64,000 bases of DNA, from assembly GCA_036525295.1 (NCBI GenBank), contig DATDAQ010000069.1, forward strand, positions 674 to 64,673, read 5' to 3'. The stretch's first letter is position 1. Every line of letters begins with the position of its first letter. The position numbers were made by a program, and so were the translations under genes. The DNA comes from Solirubrobacterales bacterium (GTDB lineage: Bacteria; Actinomycetota; Thermoleophilia; Solirubrobacterales; 70-9). Shown here in pieces: positions 15,901-24,631 of the stretch. The notes beneath the pieces are model-generated. The model was given only the letters and a program-made list of their open reading frames with translations, had not been told where the DNA came from and searched no databases.

Positions 15901-17091
15901 TCAGCGTGGAACGAGCCTGTAGACCGGCCCTTCTATAGAGGCCACGTAGAGGCGCCCGCGGCCGTCTTCGCCGAACGTGGAGGGGGTGTCCACGGCGAGG
16001 CCGAGGCGGCGGTCGTGGCTGGCTCGCCGCGGGTGGGGGACGAGGCTGCGCAACTTGCCCGAGCAGAGGTCGGCGTAGACGTAGCGACCCTGCAGCGAGG
16101 GCAGGCGGCGGTCGCGGGAGACGTAGCCGCCGATGATCGTGCAGCTGCCGCCGTCGCGGTCGTGGTCGTAGGCCATTATCGGTTTCACCGTGCCACCCGG
16201 GTCGGGGGTGTTCCCGTCAGCTTCGGTGTAGGGGGCGAAGCCCTCGAAGGCGTCCCAGCCGAAATTGGCGCCGCCTGCGGCCCCCACGGTCGTGTAGTCG
16301 AGCTCCTCGAAGCGGCCCTGGCCGACGTCGGCGATCGCGATCCGCGGCCGCCTGGGCGACGTCGTCGTGTCGAAGGAGAAGCGGTAGGGGTTGCGCAGCC
16401 CGTAGCTGTAGATCTCGTCGCGGCCCGCCCTACCCACGAACGGGTTGCTGGACGGGACCGAGTAGGGCCGCCCGCCGGAGGGCCGTGGGTCGATTCGCAG
16501 CAGCTTGCCCAGCAGGCTGTCGGTGCTCTGCGCGTTGTTGGGCGGGTCGCCGCCAGCGCCGCCGTCTCCCGTCCCCATGTACAGGAGCTGGCCGAGGAAC
16601 TGGAGCTGACCGCCGTTGTGGTTGGCGTTGACCGGGTGGGGAACCACGATCACCGTGCGCCGGGACCCGCGCGCCGCGCGCGTCGCGCCACGGCGGCGGA
16701 ACTCGTCGACGCGGATGTTGCCGTCGTTGTCCGTGTAATAGACGTAGAAGAGCCGGCTCTGCCGATAGTCGGGGGGGAAGGCGATCGAGAGCAACCCGCG
16801 CTCGCCGCCGTCGTAGCCGACCAGCCCCCTGACGTCGAGGAACGGGTGGGCCTGGCGCCGGCCCCCGCGCATGACCTCGACCCGGCCCTCCTGCTCGGTG
16901 ACGAAGAGCAGCTTTGGGAAGCCGGGCGCCGCGGCTACGAAGGTCGGGCTGTCGAAGCTGCCGACCTGCTTCAGGGCTACGCTGCCACCCGGCCGCCGTT
17001 CCGGCCCGGTCTCCGGGGGCTGCCGCGCGGAGCCACAGGCCGGCAGGGCGAGTAGGGCTAGGACCGCCGCGACGAGGGCGGCCGGCCTCAC
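15901..17091 (-). CDS. PQQ-dependent sugar (glucose/sorbosone) dehydrogenase-like beta-propeller, lipoprotein
   Basis: Motifs HNGGQLQFLGQLLYMGTGDGG, GKLLRIDP and YSYGLRNPYRFSFD, with lipobox LALPACG. The GTG start overlaps the upstream stop (GTGA). Confidence 0.8.
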   Translation of the reverse strand: MRPAALVAAVLALLALPACGSARQPPETGPERRPGGSVALKQVGSFDSPTFVAAAPGFPKLLFVTEQEGRVEVMRGGRRQAHPFLDVRGLVGYDGGERGLLSIAFPPDYRQSRLFYVYYTDNDGNIRVDEFRRRGATRAARGSRRTVIVVPHPVNANHNGGQLQFLGQLLYMGTGDGGAGGDPPNNAQSTDSLLGKLLRIDPRPSGGRPYSVPSSNPFVGRAGRDEIYSYGLRNPYRFSFDTTTSPRRPRIAIADVGQGRFEELDYTTVGAAGGANFGWDAFEGFAPYTEADGNTPDPGGTVKPIMAYDHDRDGGSCTIIGGYVSRDRRLPSLQGRYVYADLCSGKLRSLVPHPRRASHDRRLGLAVDTPSTFGEDGRGRLYVASIEGPVYRLVPR

Positions 17092-17792
17092 TTCTCGACG
17101 ACCTCACCGGAGTCGGTGACGACCTTGTCCGGGGTCGCCGAGACGATCCGGGCACCGATCGACCCGCCGGGTTCGCTGCCACCGGCGGTGACCGCCTTGG
17201 CCTGGCCGCCGAAGCCGGCGTCGACGACGAAGCGGAGCACGTAGCGGCCGGTTCTGACCGCGCTCAGCTTCCAGACCACGTTGGCTGTTGCCCCCGGCTT
17301 CAGCTCGCCGAAGGCGAATGTCTTCGGGTTGGAGGTGCCCGCCCCCCCCGGTTCGGAGGAACCGGCGAATTTCGGATATCTGAGGGCGAGCACCCAGACG
17401 GGACGGTCCGGCTGGGCGAGTTCGGGCTGTGGGTCGCGGATCCCGAAGGGCAGGGTGGACGCCTGGCCCTCCCGGCCCGCGATCGAGATCGACACGGCCA
17501 GGGCCGGGACCGTCTTACGCCCGGTGTTGCGGATGCCGAGCCGCAGCAGCGAGGTCTGGCCGAGGACCTGGCGCGCCGGGAACTCGGCGGAGACCACCTC
17601 GACCGTGTACTTCCCGGCGGGCTCGTTCGCGTCGGAGGAGGAGTCGTCTCCGCAGGCGCCGGCCGAGATCGCAAGCGCGGCAACGGCGCAGGCCACGATC
17701 GCTGCCCGCAAGCGGGAATGCGATGCGTGTATGAGATGCCCCCCCACAGCGGCCGGAACATAGCACGGGGGTTGGCCGCTCCCGACCCGCAT
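17088..17792 (-). CDS. Hypothetical secreted protein or lipoprotein
   Basis: Lipobox ISAGACG with a beta-rich mature part. The start is uncertain; an internal GTG near 17751 is possible. Confidence 0.55.
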   Translation of the reverse strand: MRVGSGQPPCYVPAAVGGHLIHASHSRLRAAIVACAVAALAISAGACGDDSSSDANEPAGKYTVEVVSAEFPARQVLGQTSLLRLGIRNTGRKTVPALAVSISIAGREGQASTLPFGIRDPQPELAQPDRPVWVLALRYPKFAGSSEPGGAGTSNPKTFAFGELKPGATANVVWKLSAVRTGRYVLRFVVDAGFGGQAKAVTAGGSEPGGSIGARIVSATPDKVVTDSGEVVEK

Positions 17793-17864
17793 CCGTGCCC
17801 CTTTAGCCCGAACTCAACAGTGCCCACCGGCACATCCCATAGACTCGTTCGCAGGAGGAGAACG

Positions 17865-18671
17865 ATGGTCGGATCCGCTGTAAACAGGGCATTCCTGCCC
17901 GCCAAGTCGCTGTTCGAACAGGTCGGGGACATGATGATCCTCACTGCCCGCACGCTCGTCTCCGCGATCAAGCCCCCCTACCCCTACGGCGAGGAGTTCA
18001 TCGGCCAGTTCCTCTTCGCCCTACAGCTCTGCTGGTTCCCGCTGCTGGTCTCCACCGTGGCCTTCGGCTTCGGCGCCCCGGGCCTGCAGGCGGCCAACTT
18101 CCTCTCCCTCTTCGGCGCGCTCGACCGGCTCGGCGGCTTCTTCGTCCTCGCCTCGATCCGCGAGTTCGCGCCGTTCGTGACCGCCGTGGTCGTCGCCGGC
18201 GTCGCCGGCACCGCGATCACCGCCGACCTCGGCGCCCGCAAGATCCGCGAGGAGCTCGACGCCCTGCAGGTGCTCGGTGTCGACCCGATCAAGAACCTGG
18301 TCGTGCCCCGCTTCCTCGCCCTGATGCTGATAACCGGCCTACTCGACATCTACGCCCTGGTCTTTGGGATCAGCGGCGGCATCATCACCGAGCTCCTCTA
18401 CAAGCAGCCGCTCGGCGGCTTCCTCGCCACCCTCTTCTCCAACGCTTCGGTCACCGACCTCTGGGGCTCGGTGATCAAGTGCACGCTGTTCGGCGCGATC
18501 ATCGCCGTCGTCTGCTCCTACAAGGGGATGACCGCGTCCGGTGGCGCCGCGGGTGTCGGCCGCGCCGTCAACCAGGCGGTCGTGATCTCCTTCATGGGCG
18601 TCTTCGCCTTCAACTACGCCTTCACCCAGACCCTGCTCGCCACCAACCCGGAGCTGCAGACGATCCGATGA
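17865..18671 (+). CDS. MlaE/YrbE-family ABC transporter permease
   Basis: An AGGAGG SD precedes the ATG at 17865. YrbE-like sequence: REFAPFVTAVVVAGVAGTAITADLGARKIREELDALQVLGVDP. Confidence 0.85.
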   Translation: MVGSAVNRAFLPAKSLFEQVGDMMILTARTLVSAIKPPYPYGEEFIGQFLFALQLCWFPLLVSTVAFGFGAPGLQAANFLSLFGALDRLGGFFVLASIREFAPFVTAVVVAGVAGTAITADLGARKIREELDALQVLGVDPIKNLVVPRFLALMLITGLLDIYALVFGISGGIITELLYKQPLGGFLATLFSNASVTDLWGSVIKCTLFGAIIAVVCSYKGMTASGGAAGVGRAVNQAVVISFMGVFAFNYAFTQTLLATNPELQTIR

Positions 18672-19465
18672 ACGCTTGGCTGGAGGTCCCGCGCGGCTGG
18701 CTCGACTCCTTCGGGGAGATCGCCCGCTTCGGCTCCCGCATCGCCGGCCTCGTCTACAGCGGCCGCGTCCTGCGCTTCTTCGGCGAGAGCCTGCGCCAAG
18801 CGGGGATCCTGATTCTCGGCTCGGCGATGATCATCTGGGGCCTAGTCTTCATCCTCGGCCTGCAGTGCGGGATCGAGGGCGCCTACCTGCTGCGCGCCCA
18901 GGGCGCGCCCGCCTACGCCGGCGTCTTCTCGGCCTGGTGCGACCTGCGCGAGATCATGCCCTACGCCTTCGGCTACATGCTGGCGGCCAAGGTCGGGACC
19001 GGGATCGTCGCCGAGCTCGGCGCGATGCGGATCTCCGACGAGATCGACGCGCTCGAGGTGATGGGCGTCCCTCCCGTCACCTACCTCTGCGCGACCCGCC
19101 TGCTCGCCGCCTGGATCGCCTTCCCCTTCATGTACCTGGTCGGGATCGGGATCATGTACTTCGCCAGCTACCTCGCCGTCGTCCAGCAGATCGGCGACGT
19201 CTCCTCCGGCGGCTACCTGCTGATCTTCTGGCTGTTCCAGAACCCGCCGGACCTGATGTTCAGCTTGATCAAGGGCATGTTCATGGCAACCGCCATAGTC
19301 ATGGTCGGCTGTTACTACGGCTACACGGCGTCGGGCGGCCCGGTCGGGGTCGGCACCGCCACCGCGAAGTCGATGGTCCTCAACATCGTCTTGGTTCACA
19401 TCATCGGGATGCTGGGCACCCTGGTCTTCTGGGGAGCCAACCCGCGAGCGCCGATAGGAGGCTGA
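18668..19465 (+). CDS. MlaE/YrbE-family ABC transporter permease (second copy)
   Basis: It has an ATGA overlap with the upstream gene. Sequence: GTGIVAELGAMRISDEIDALEVMGVPP. Confidence 0.85.
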   Translation: MNAWLEVPRGWLDSFGEIARFGSRIAGLVYSGRVLRFFGESLRQAGILILGSAMIIWGLVFILGLQCGIEGAYLLRAQGAPAYAGVFSAWCDLREIMPYAFGYMLAAKVGTGIVAELGAMRISDEIDALEVMGVPPVTYLCATRLLAAWIAFPFMYLVGIGIMYFASYLAVVQQIGDVSSGGYLLIFWLFQNPPDLMFSLIKGMFMATAIVMVGCYYGYTASGGPVGVGTATAKSMVLNIVLVHIIGMLGTLVFWGANPRAPIGG

Positions 19466-19472
19466 GCTACTC

Positions 19473-20450
19473 ATGTCCATGGACGATCCAACGCGAGCCG
19501 ACGACGGCGATTTCGAGACCGAGGCCGAGACGACCGCGGAGGTCGCCGAGCCGGCGGCGCCCGCGCCGGAGCACAGCGGCCCCTACGTCAGCGACGACGG
19601 GATGACCATGGGCCGCGACTTCGTCATCCCCGGCGTCGACCCGGCGGAGTCCGATCCCTACCGCTTCCACACCGGCCGCAAGCGCGACCACGGCGGCACC
19701 GACGCGATCGAGATCATCGACCTGGTCAAGCAGTTCGGCCGCGCCCGCATCCTCAACGGCCTCAACCTCGGCCTGCCCGAGGACCAGGTCTCGATGGTGT
19801 TGGGCCCGTCGGGCACCGGCAAGAGCGTGCTGATCAAGCACATCGTCGGCCTGCTCTATCCCGACTCGGGCGACGTCCTCGTGCACGGGGAGTCGATCCC
19901 GAACATGACCGACGACGAGCTCTTCGAGGTGCGCAAGAAGTTCGGCCTGCTATTCCAGGACGGCGCCCTCTTCGGCTCGATGAACATCTACGACAACACC
20001 GCCTTCCCGCTGCGCCAGCACACCGACAAGAGCGAGGAGGAGATCGGCGAGATCTGCAACCGCCGGCTCAAGGAGGTGGGGCTGAGCGAGGCGGTCTACA
20101 AGATGCCGAACGAGCTCTCCGGCGGCATGCGCAAGCGCGCCGGCTTCGCCCGCGCCCTGGTGCTGGAACCGGCGATCGTGATGTTCGACGAGCCTGACTC
20201 GGGTCTCGACCCGGTGCGCACAGCGCTGCTCTGCGAGCTCGTCCGCGAGGTGCACGAGGAGAACGGCGGCTGTTACCTGGTGATCAGCCACGACCTCAAC
20301 ACCGCGCGGCGGATCTCCGACTTCATCGCCGTGCTCTGGAACGGCAAGATCGTCGAGTCGGGGCCCAAGGAGGAACTGTTCGACTCCGAAAACCGCTTCG
20401 TGCACCAGTTCCTGAACGCGGACGTGACCGGTCCGCTGTCGATGGACTGA
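19473..20450 (+). CDS. Mkl/MlaF-type ABC ATP-binding protein with an acidic N-terminal extension of about 80 aa
   Basis: Walker A GPSGTGKS, signature LSGGMRKR and Walker B VMFDEPDSGLDP. Confidence 0.9.
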   Translation: MSMDDPTRADDGDFETEAETTAEVAEPAAPAPEHSGPYVSDDGMTMGRDFVIPGVDPAESDPYRFHTGRKRDHGGTDAIEIIDLVKQFGRARILNGLNLGLPEDQVSMVLGPSGTGKSVLIKHIVGLLYPDSGDVLVHGESIPNMTDDELFEVRKKFGLLFQDGALFGSMNIYDNTAFPLRQHTDKSEEEIGEICNRRLKEVGLSEAVYKMPNELSGGMRKRAGFARALVLEPAIVMFDEPDSGLDPVRTALLCELVREVHEENGGCYLVISHDLNTARRISDFIAVLWNGKIVESGPKEELFDSENRFVHQFLNADVTGPLSMD

Positions 20451-20466
20451 GAGGATCCGGGGAGCG

Positions 20467-21126
20467 GTGAGGGACCGCTACTCGCTCGCGGTCGGGCTGC
20501 TGTTCGCGGCGGTTATCGCGATCGCACTGGTCAACACCCTCGGGAACGAGGACGAAGGCACGCTCGGCCTCGACGAGCTCTCTCCCCGCTGGGCCCTGCC
20601 GGAGTTCGCCGTGCCGCGCGCCGCGGGCCCCCTGGAAGGCGACGCCAACGTCGCCCAGGACGATTGCGAGACTTCGCAGGCACCCTGCCCAGAGGGAGCC
20701 CGTCGAGACCCCGCCTGCCGCATCCGCACGCCGGGCGCGATCCGCGTCTGCGACCTCTTCGGCCGGCCGCTGGTGCTCTCGTTCTGGTTCTCCCGAGGCG
20801 GCGGAACCTGCGTCGCCCAGCAGGACGTGGTCGACCAGGCATATGCGCGCTACCGTGGCCGTGTGGGCTTCCTCTCGCTGAACGTGCGCGACGACCACGA
20901 CGGCGTCCGCGAGACGATTCGCCAGCGGGGTTGGCGGATGCCGGTCGGCTACGACCGCGATGGGGCCGTAGCCGCCCTCTACCGAGTGGGGATCTGCCCC
21001 ACCTTTGCCTTCGTCTACCCGGGCGGGACCCTGCAGGGCGCGAGCATCGGCGAGCTGACGGAGCCCCAGCTCGATGCTCGCATCGAGGCGCTGCTGCGGG
21101 CGACCCGCGTGGCGGAGGCAGGCTGA
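20467..21126 (+). CDS. TlpA/ResA-like thioredoxin-fold (redoxin) protein, membrane anchored, with a degenerate CXXC
   Basis: It has an N-terminal TM segment. PLVLSFWFSRGGGTCVAQ aligns where redoxins carry WCxPC. It also has the downstream PTFAFVYPGG motif. Confidence 0.65.
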   Translation: MRDRYSLAVGLLFAAVIAIALVNTLGNEDEGTLGLDELSPRWALPEFAVPRAAGPLEGDANVAQDDCETSQAPCPEGARRDPACRIRTPGAIRVCDLFGRPLVLSFWFSRGGGTCVAQQDVVDQAYARYRGRVGFLSLNVRDDHDGVRETIRQRGWRMPVGYDRDGAVAALYRVGICPTFAFVYPGGTLQGASIGELTEPQLDARIEALLRATRVAEAG

Positions 21127-21128
21127 CC

Positions 21129-21794
21129 GTGGCGGGGCAGGCAACCGGCTCCGGCCTGGACTGGGACCCGGCACCCGAACAGGGTTGGGTTGCCCCCCAT
21201 ATCGCCGAGGAGTTCCCGGGGCTCGGAATCGCCTGGCTCGAGGTCGACGGCCGCCCCAAGCGCAGCTCCGAGTCGGCTCGCCTGCGCCTGCGCGGTCTCT
21301 CGGACCGCTTCTACGGCGGGCATGCGATCCACATGCGCGAACAGCCGATCCCCTGGGCCTACCGGGTCTTCTTCCGCCAGATCGGGCTCGACCCCGACCG
21401 CACCCGCACGCCGGTTGAGCGGCTTGCGCTGGACCGGCTTCACGACGGGGCCTTTGTTTCCCACGGCATGCCCGACGACGCGCTGACGATCGCGATCGCC
21501 GAGACCGGCGTCGCCGTCCGCGCCTTCGATTCCGATCGGCTGCGGGGGCGGCTCTGCATCCGCGCTTCAGCGCCCGGGGAGGCGCTGCCCGGAAAGCCGG
21601 CGCAGCTCGACCAGGGGACGCTGACCGTCGCCGACGAGCGAGGGCCCGTCGAGCTGCTCTTCGGCGGGACCGCCGAGTGTGGCGTCGGCCGCGACACGCG
21701 ACGGATCACGGTCGCCGCGGTGCAGGTCAAGGGCGTGCCCCAGATCGCGGTCGACGAGGCCCTCTGGATCGCCTCCTCCGTAATACAGGGATAA
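21129..21794 (+). CDS. B3/B4 tRNA-binding-domain-like protein
   Basis: A GTG start lies 2 nt after the upstream stop. PIPWAYRVFFRQIGLDPDRTRTPVERLALDRL resembles the B3_4 domain family. Confidence 0.55.
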   Translation: MAGQATGSGLDWDPAPEQGWVAPHIAEEFPGLGIAWLEVDGRPKRSSESARLRLRGLSDRFYGGHAIHMREQPIPWAYRVFFRQIGLDPDRTRTPVERLALDRLHDGAFVSHGMPDDALTIAIAETGVAVRAFDSDRLRGRLCIRASAPGEALPGKPAQLDQGTLTVADERGPVELLFGGTAECGVGRDTRRITVAAVQVKGVPQIAVDEALWIASSVIQG

Positions 21795-21836
21795 GGAAAG
21801 AGGCAGGTCGGTGATCTACACTCGATCCGGGTCCTG

Positions 21837-22322
21837 ATGCCGGTTCTACTCGAACGAGACACGCTGAGGACGGGAGGCGACGAGCGCCTCGCCCGCGCTG
21901 AGCTGCGCCGCCAGATCGGCCGCCTCGAGCAGGAGCTGTCCCGGCTCTCGGCCGAGGCGTTCCCCCTCTTTTCCGTCGACACTCGGGTTGAGGCTCCTTC
22001 GGGCCCTCCGCGGGTGGCCGGCCTCGAGCAGCTGGAGCGGGTGCGCGATGCGCTCGCCGTACGGATCGGCGAGGCGCGACTCGCGCTGCGAGAGCGCGCC
22101 GAGCTCGAGACTCGCAACCGCGAGCTGCTGCGGCGGATGCTGGCCTCGCCGGCCAGCTACAAGTGGGTGCGTGTCTCGCGGGACGACATCGGCGAGCACG
22201 GCTGTGGCCACTGGCACTCCCGTCCCCGCCTCGGCCCGCTGGGGATGCTGATGGGCTGGTGGCGGGTCAAGGTCTCCTCCGGATGCCCGTTACCCGGGCG
22301 GCTTGCGGCCGTTGAGCCCTAA
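21837..22322 (+). CDS. Hypothetical coiled-coil protein with a C-terminal GCGHWHSRPRLGPLGMLMGWWRVKVSSGCP motif
   Basis: ORF with plausible codon usage. No family recognised. Confidence 0.5.
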   Translation: MPVLLERDTLRTGGDERLARAELRRQIGRLEQELSRLSAEAFPLFSVDTRVEAPSGPPRVAGLEQLERVRDALAVRIGEARLALRERAELETRNRELLRRMLASPASYKWVRVSRDDIGEHGCGHWHSRPRLGPLGMLMGWWRVKVSSGCPLPGRLAAVEP

Positions 22323-22734
22323 GAGCCAAAGCGAAAAGAGCCGAAGGCCGGCCACGGAGGAGAGGCCTCCGGCGCCGTGGGGGAACTTCCCCTTGGCCGA
22401 GCTGGCCGTGCTTGCCGGCATCGTCTCGCTCGTCATCGGCGTCGTCGGCGGCAGCCCGACCGCGCTGGGTGTCGGCGTCGCCCTCGCCGGTCTTGGCGGC
22501 CTCGAGGTAGCGGCGCGCGAGCACTTCGCCGGCTACCGCTCCCACACGACCCTGCTCGCCGGCACCGTCTTCGTCTTCGTCGTCGGCGGCCTCTTCTACC
22601 TCGCGGGGCTGATCCTTGCGATCTGCCTCGGGATAGGCGCGGCGGCGTTCCTCGTCGTCTTCTTCGCCCTGAGGCACGCCTTTCAGCGCGCCTCAGGCGG
22701 GCTCTCGTTCAAGGTCGGCCGCCTCGGCGGCTGA
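22303..22734 (+). CDS. Hypothetical integral membrane protein (3-4 TM segments)
   Basis: Hydrophobic segments LAVLAGIVSLVIGVV, GVGVALAGLGGL, LLAGTVFVFVVGGLFYLAGLILAICLGIGAAAFLVVFF. Confidence 0.55.
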   Translation: MRPLSPKSQSEKSRRPATEERPPAPWGNFPLAELAVLAGIVSLVIGVVGGSPTALGVGVALAGLGGLEVAAREHFAGYRSHTTLLAGTVFVFVVGGLFYLAGLILAICLGIGAAAFLVVFFALRHAFQRASGGLSFKVGRLGG

Positions 22735-22738
22735 TTGG

Positions 22739-23095
22739 TCAGGCGAAAACGGATTCGCGGGAGGCGAGTTCGGAGGACAACAGCGCCTTCTGGCGGGAGG
22801 TCAGGGTCCCCAGGCGCTTGTTCTCGCTGAGCGCGAGGCCGAGCAGGAACTTGCGGGCGCGGGTGCGGCCCCAGCGGCGCTGGCTGGTCAGCAGCTCGGC
22901 AAGGGTCATGCTCTCGGTCTCCCACGGGCACTCGCGGATCACCTCCGCGGCCTCGACGTCGCCTCGTGCGATCGAGCGCTTCAGCTCCGCCCTGGCAAGT
23001 CGCACTCGGTTGGCGCGGGCGAGCGCCTGCATATGCTGCGGGGCCTGGATGGCGGAAGCGGTCGTTTGAGCAGGGGCGATCGAAGCAGCGTCCAC
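22739..23095 (-). CDS. mihF: Actinobacterial integration host factor (mIHF-like)
   Basis: The pattern RLARAELKRSIARGD...MTLAELLTS...GRTRARKFLLGLALSENKRLGTLTSRQKALL parallels MihF. Confidence 0.7.
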   Translation of the reverse strand: MDAASIAPAQTTASAIQAPQHMQALARANRVRLARAELKRSIARGDVEAAEVIRECPWETESMTLAELLTSQRRWGRTRARKFLLGLALSENKRLGTLTSRQKALLSSELASRESVFA

Positions 23096-23346
23096 TGGGA
23101 CTCCTCACATTCGGGGGTTGACTGGTAACTCGTTGCGCCGGACCGGAGGGTCCAACCTCGGTGTGGTCGAGTCGAGTTCTCCACCAACTTGCTTCCCTGC
23201 CCCGGGACGCAAGCGGCGCGAGGGGCAAGCTATGCCGTGGGTGGTCGGGGGTCAACCCGTAGTCGCGCGGTGTTTCCCGGCCCGGTCGCTAAGAGCACCT
23301 TTTTCGTAGCGAGGCTGACCCGGGGGAGATCCGGGAGCGGATGAAA

Positions 23347-24606
23347 CTACCCCGAGCGGGGTAGTTCGGGGAAGTCCTCGGCGACCCGGGCGATCGTCGC
23401 CAGCGCCTCGTCGAGGTGCGCGCGCTCGTGGGTCGCCATCAGGCTGGTGCGGAGGAGCGCGCCACCGGGCGGGACGGCCGGGTGGATCGCGACGTTGGTG
23501 TAGACGCCCGCGTCGAAGAGCGCCTTCCAGAGCAGCACCGCCTGCCAGTCGTCGCCGACGACGACCGGGACCACCGGCGTGGTCGCGACGGTGCCGTCGG
23601 GCAGCGTGCCCGGCTCGATCACCTTCAGGCCCAGGTCGCGCAGCCCCTCGCGCAGGTAGGAGGCGTTGGCGAGCAGCGCCTCGAAAAGCCGCGGACCGTC
23701 GGCGCGGATCACGCGCAGGGCCTCGAGCGCCGCGCCGACCGCCGCGGGCACCGCGGAGGCGCTGAAGACGAAGGAGCGCGAGGAGATCCGCAGGTACTCG
23801 ACCACGTCGGCCGGGCCGGCGACGAAGCCGCCGCAGGAGGCGAGGCTCTTGGAGAAGGTGCCCATGCGCAGGTCTACCTCGTCCTCGAGGCCGAAGAGCT
23901 CGCAGGCCCCCGCCCCGCGGGCGCCGAGCACGCCTGCCCCGTGCGCCTCGTCGACCATCAGCCGCGCGCCGTGGCCCTTGCAGAGCTCGACGATCCGCGG
24001 CAGGTCGCAGACGTCGCCCTCCATCGAGAAGACGCCGTCGACGACGACGAGCACGCCGCCACCGTCCTCGGCCGCGCGCTGCAGCATCTTCTCCAGCTTG
24101 TCCATCCGGTTGTGGCGGAAGGGGCGCAGCTTGGCGCCGGAGAGGCGGCAGCCGTCGAGGATCGAGGCGTGGTCGCCGGAGTCGACGATCACGGTGTCGC
24201 CGGGCTCGAGCAGCGTCCCGATCGTCCCCAGGTTCGCCTGGTAGCCGGTCGAGAAGACAATCGCGTCCTCGCTCCCCATCCACTCGGCCAGCTCGCGCTC
24301 GAGGTCGACGTGCAGCGGGGTCGTCCCGTTCAGCAGGCGCGAGCCGGTGACGCCGGTGCCGTATGTCTCCAGGGCGTCGCGGGCGGCCTGCTTGACCCGC
24401 TCGTCGCCGGTCAGCCCCAGGTAGTTGTTGGAGCCGAGCATGATCGTCTCCCGTCCCTCCATCTCGACCACGGGGCCGGCCTGCGAGGTGAGCAGGCGGA
24501 AGTAGGGGAGGAGGTCGTGCTGCTTGGCCGCTTCCAGCTGCTCGAGGCGGTCGTGGCTGCGCGCCTTCTCGAAAACGTCAACGGGTGTCTTCGCCGTTTC
24601 GCTCAT
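23347..24606 (-). CDS. PLP-dependent alpha-oxoamine synthase (BioF/Kbl/serine palmitoyltransferase family)
   Basis: Motifs GSNNYLGLTGDERV, DEAHGAGVLG and GTFSKSLASCGGF (PLP lysine). Confidence 0.85.
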   Translation of the reverse strand: MSETAKTPVDVFEKARSHDRLEQLEAAKQHDLLPYFRLLTSQAGPVVEMEGRETIMLGSNNYLGLTGDERVKQAARDALETYGTGVTGSRLLNGTTPLHVDLERELAEWMGSEDAIVFSTGYQANLGTIGTLLEPGDTVIVDSGDHASILDGCRLSGAKLRPFRHNRMDKLEKMLQRAAEDGGGVLVVVDGVFSMEGDVCDLPRIVELCKGHGARLMVDEAHGAGVLGARGAGACELFGLEDEVDLRMGTFSKSLASCGGFVAGPADVVEYLRISSRSFVFSASAVPAAVGAALEALRVIRADGPRLFEALLANASYLREGLRDLGLKVIEPGTLPDGTVATTPVVPVVVGDDWQAVLLWKALFDAGVYTNVAIHPAVPPGGALLRTSLMATHERAHLDEALATIARVAEDFPELPRSG

Positions 24607-24631
24607 GGCCAGAGTGTAGGTTCACGACCCC

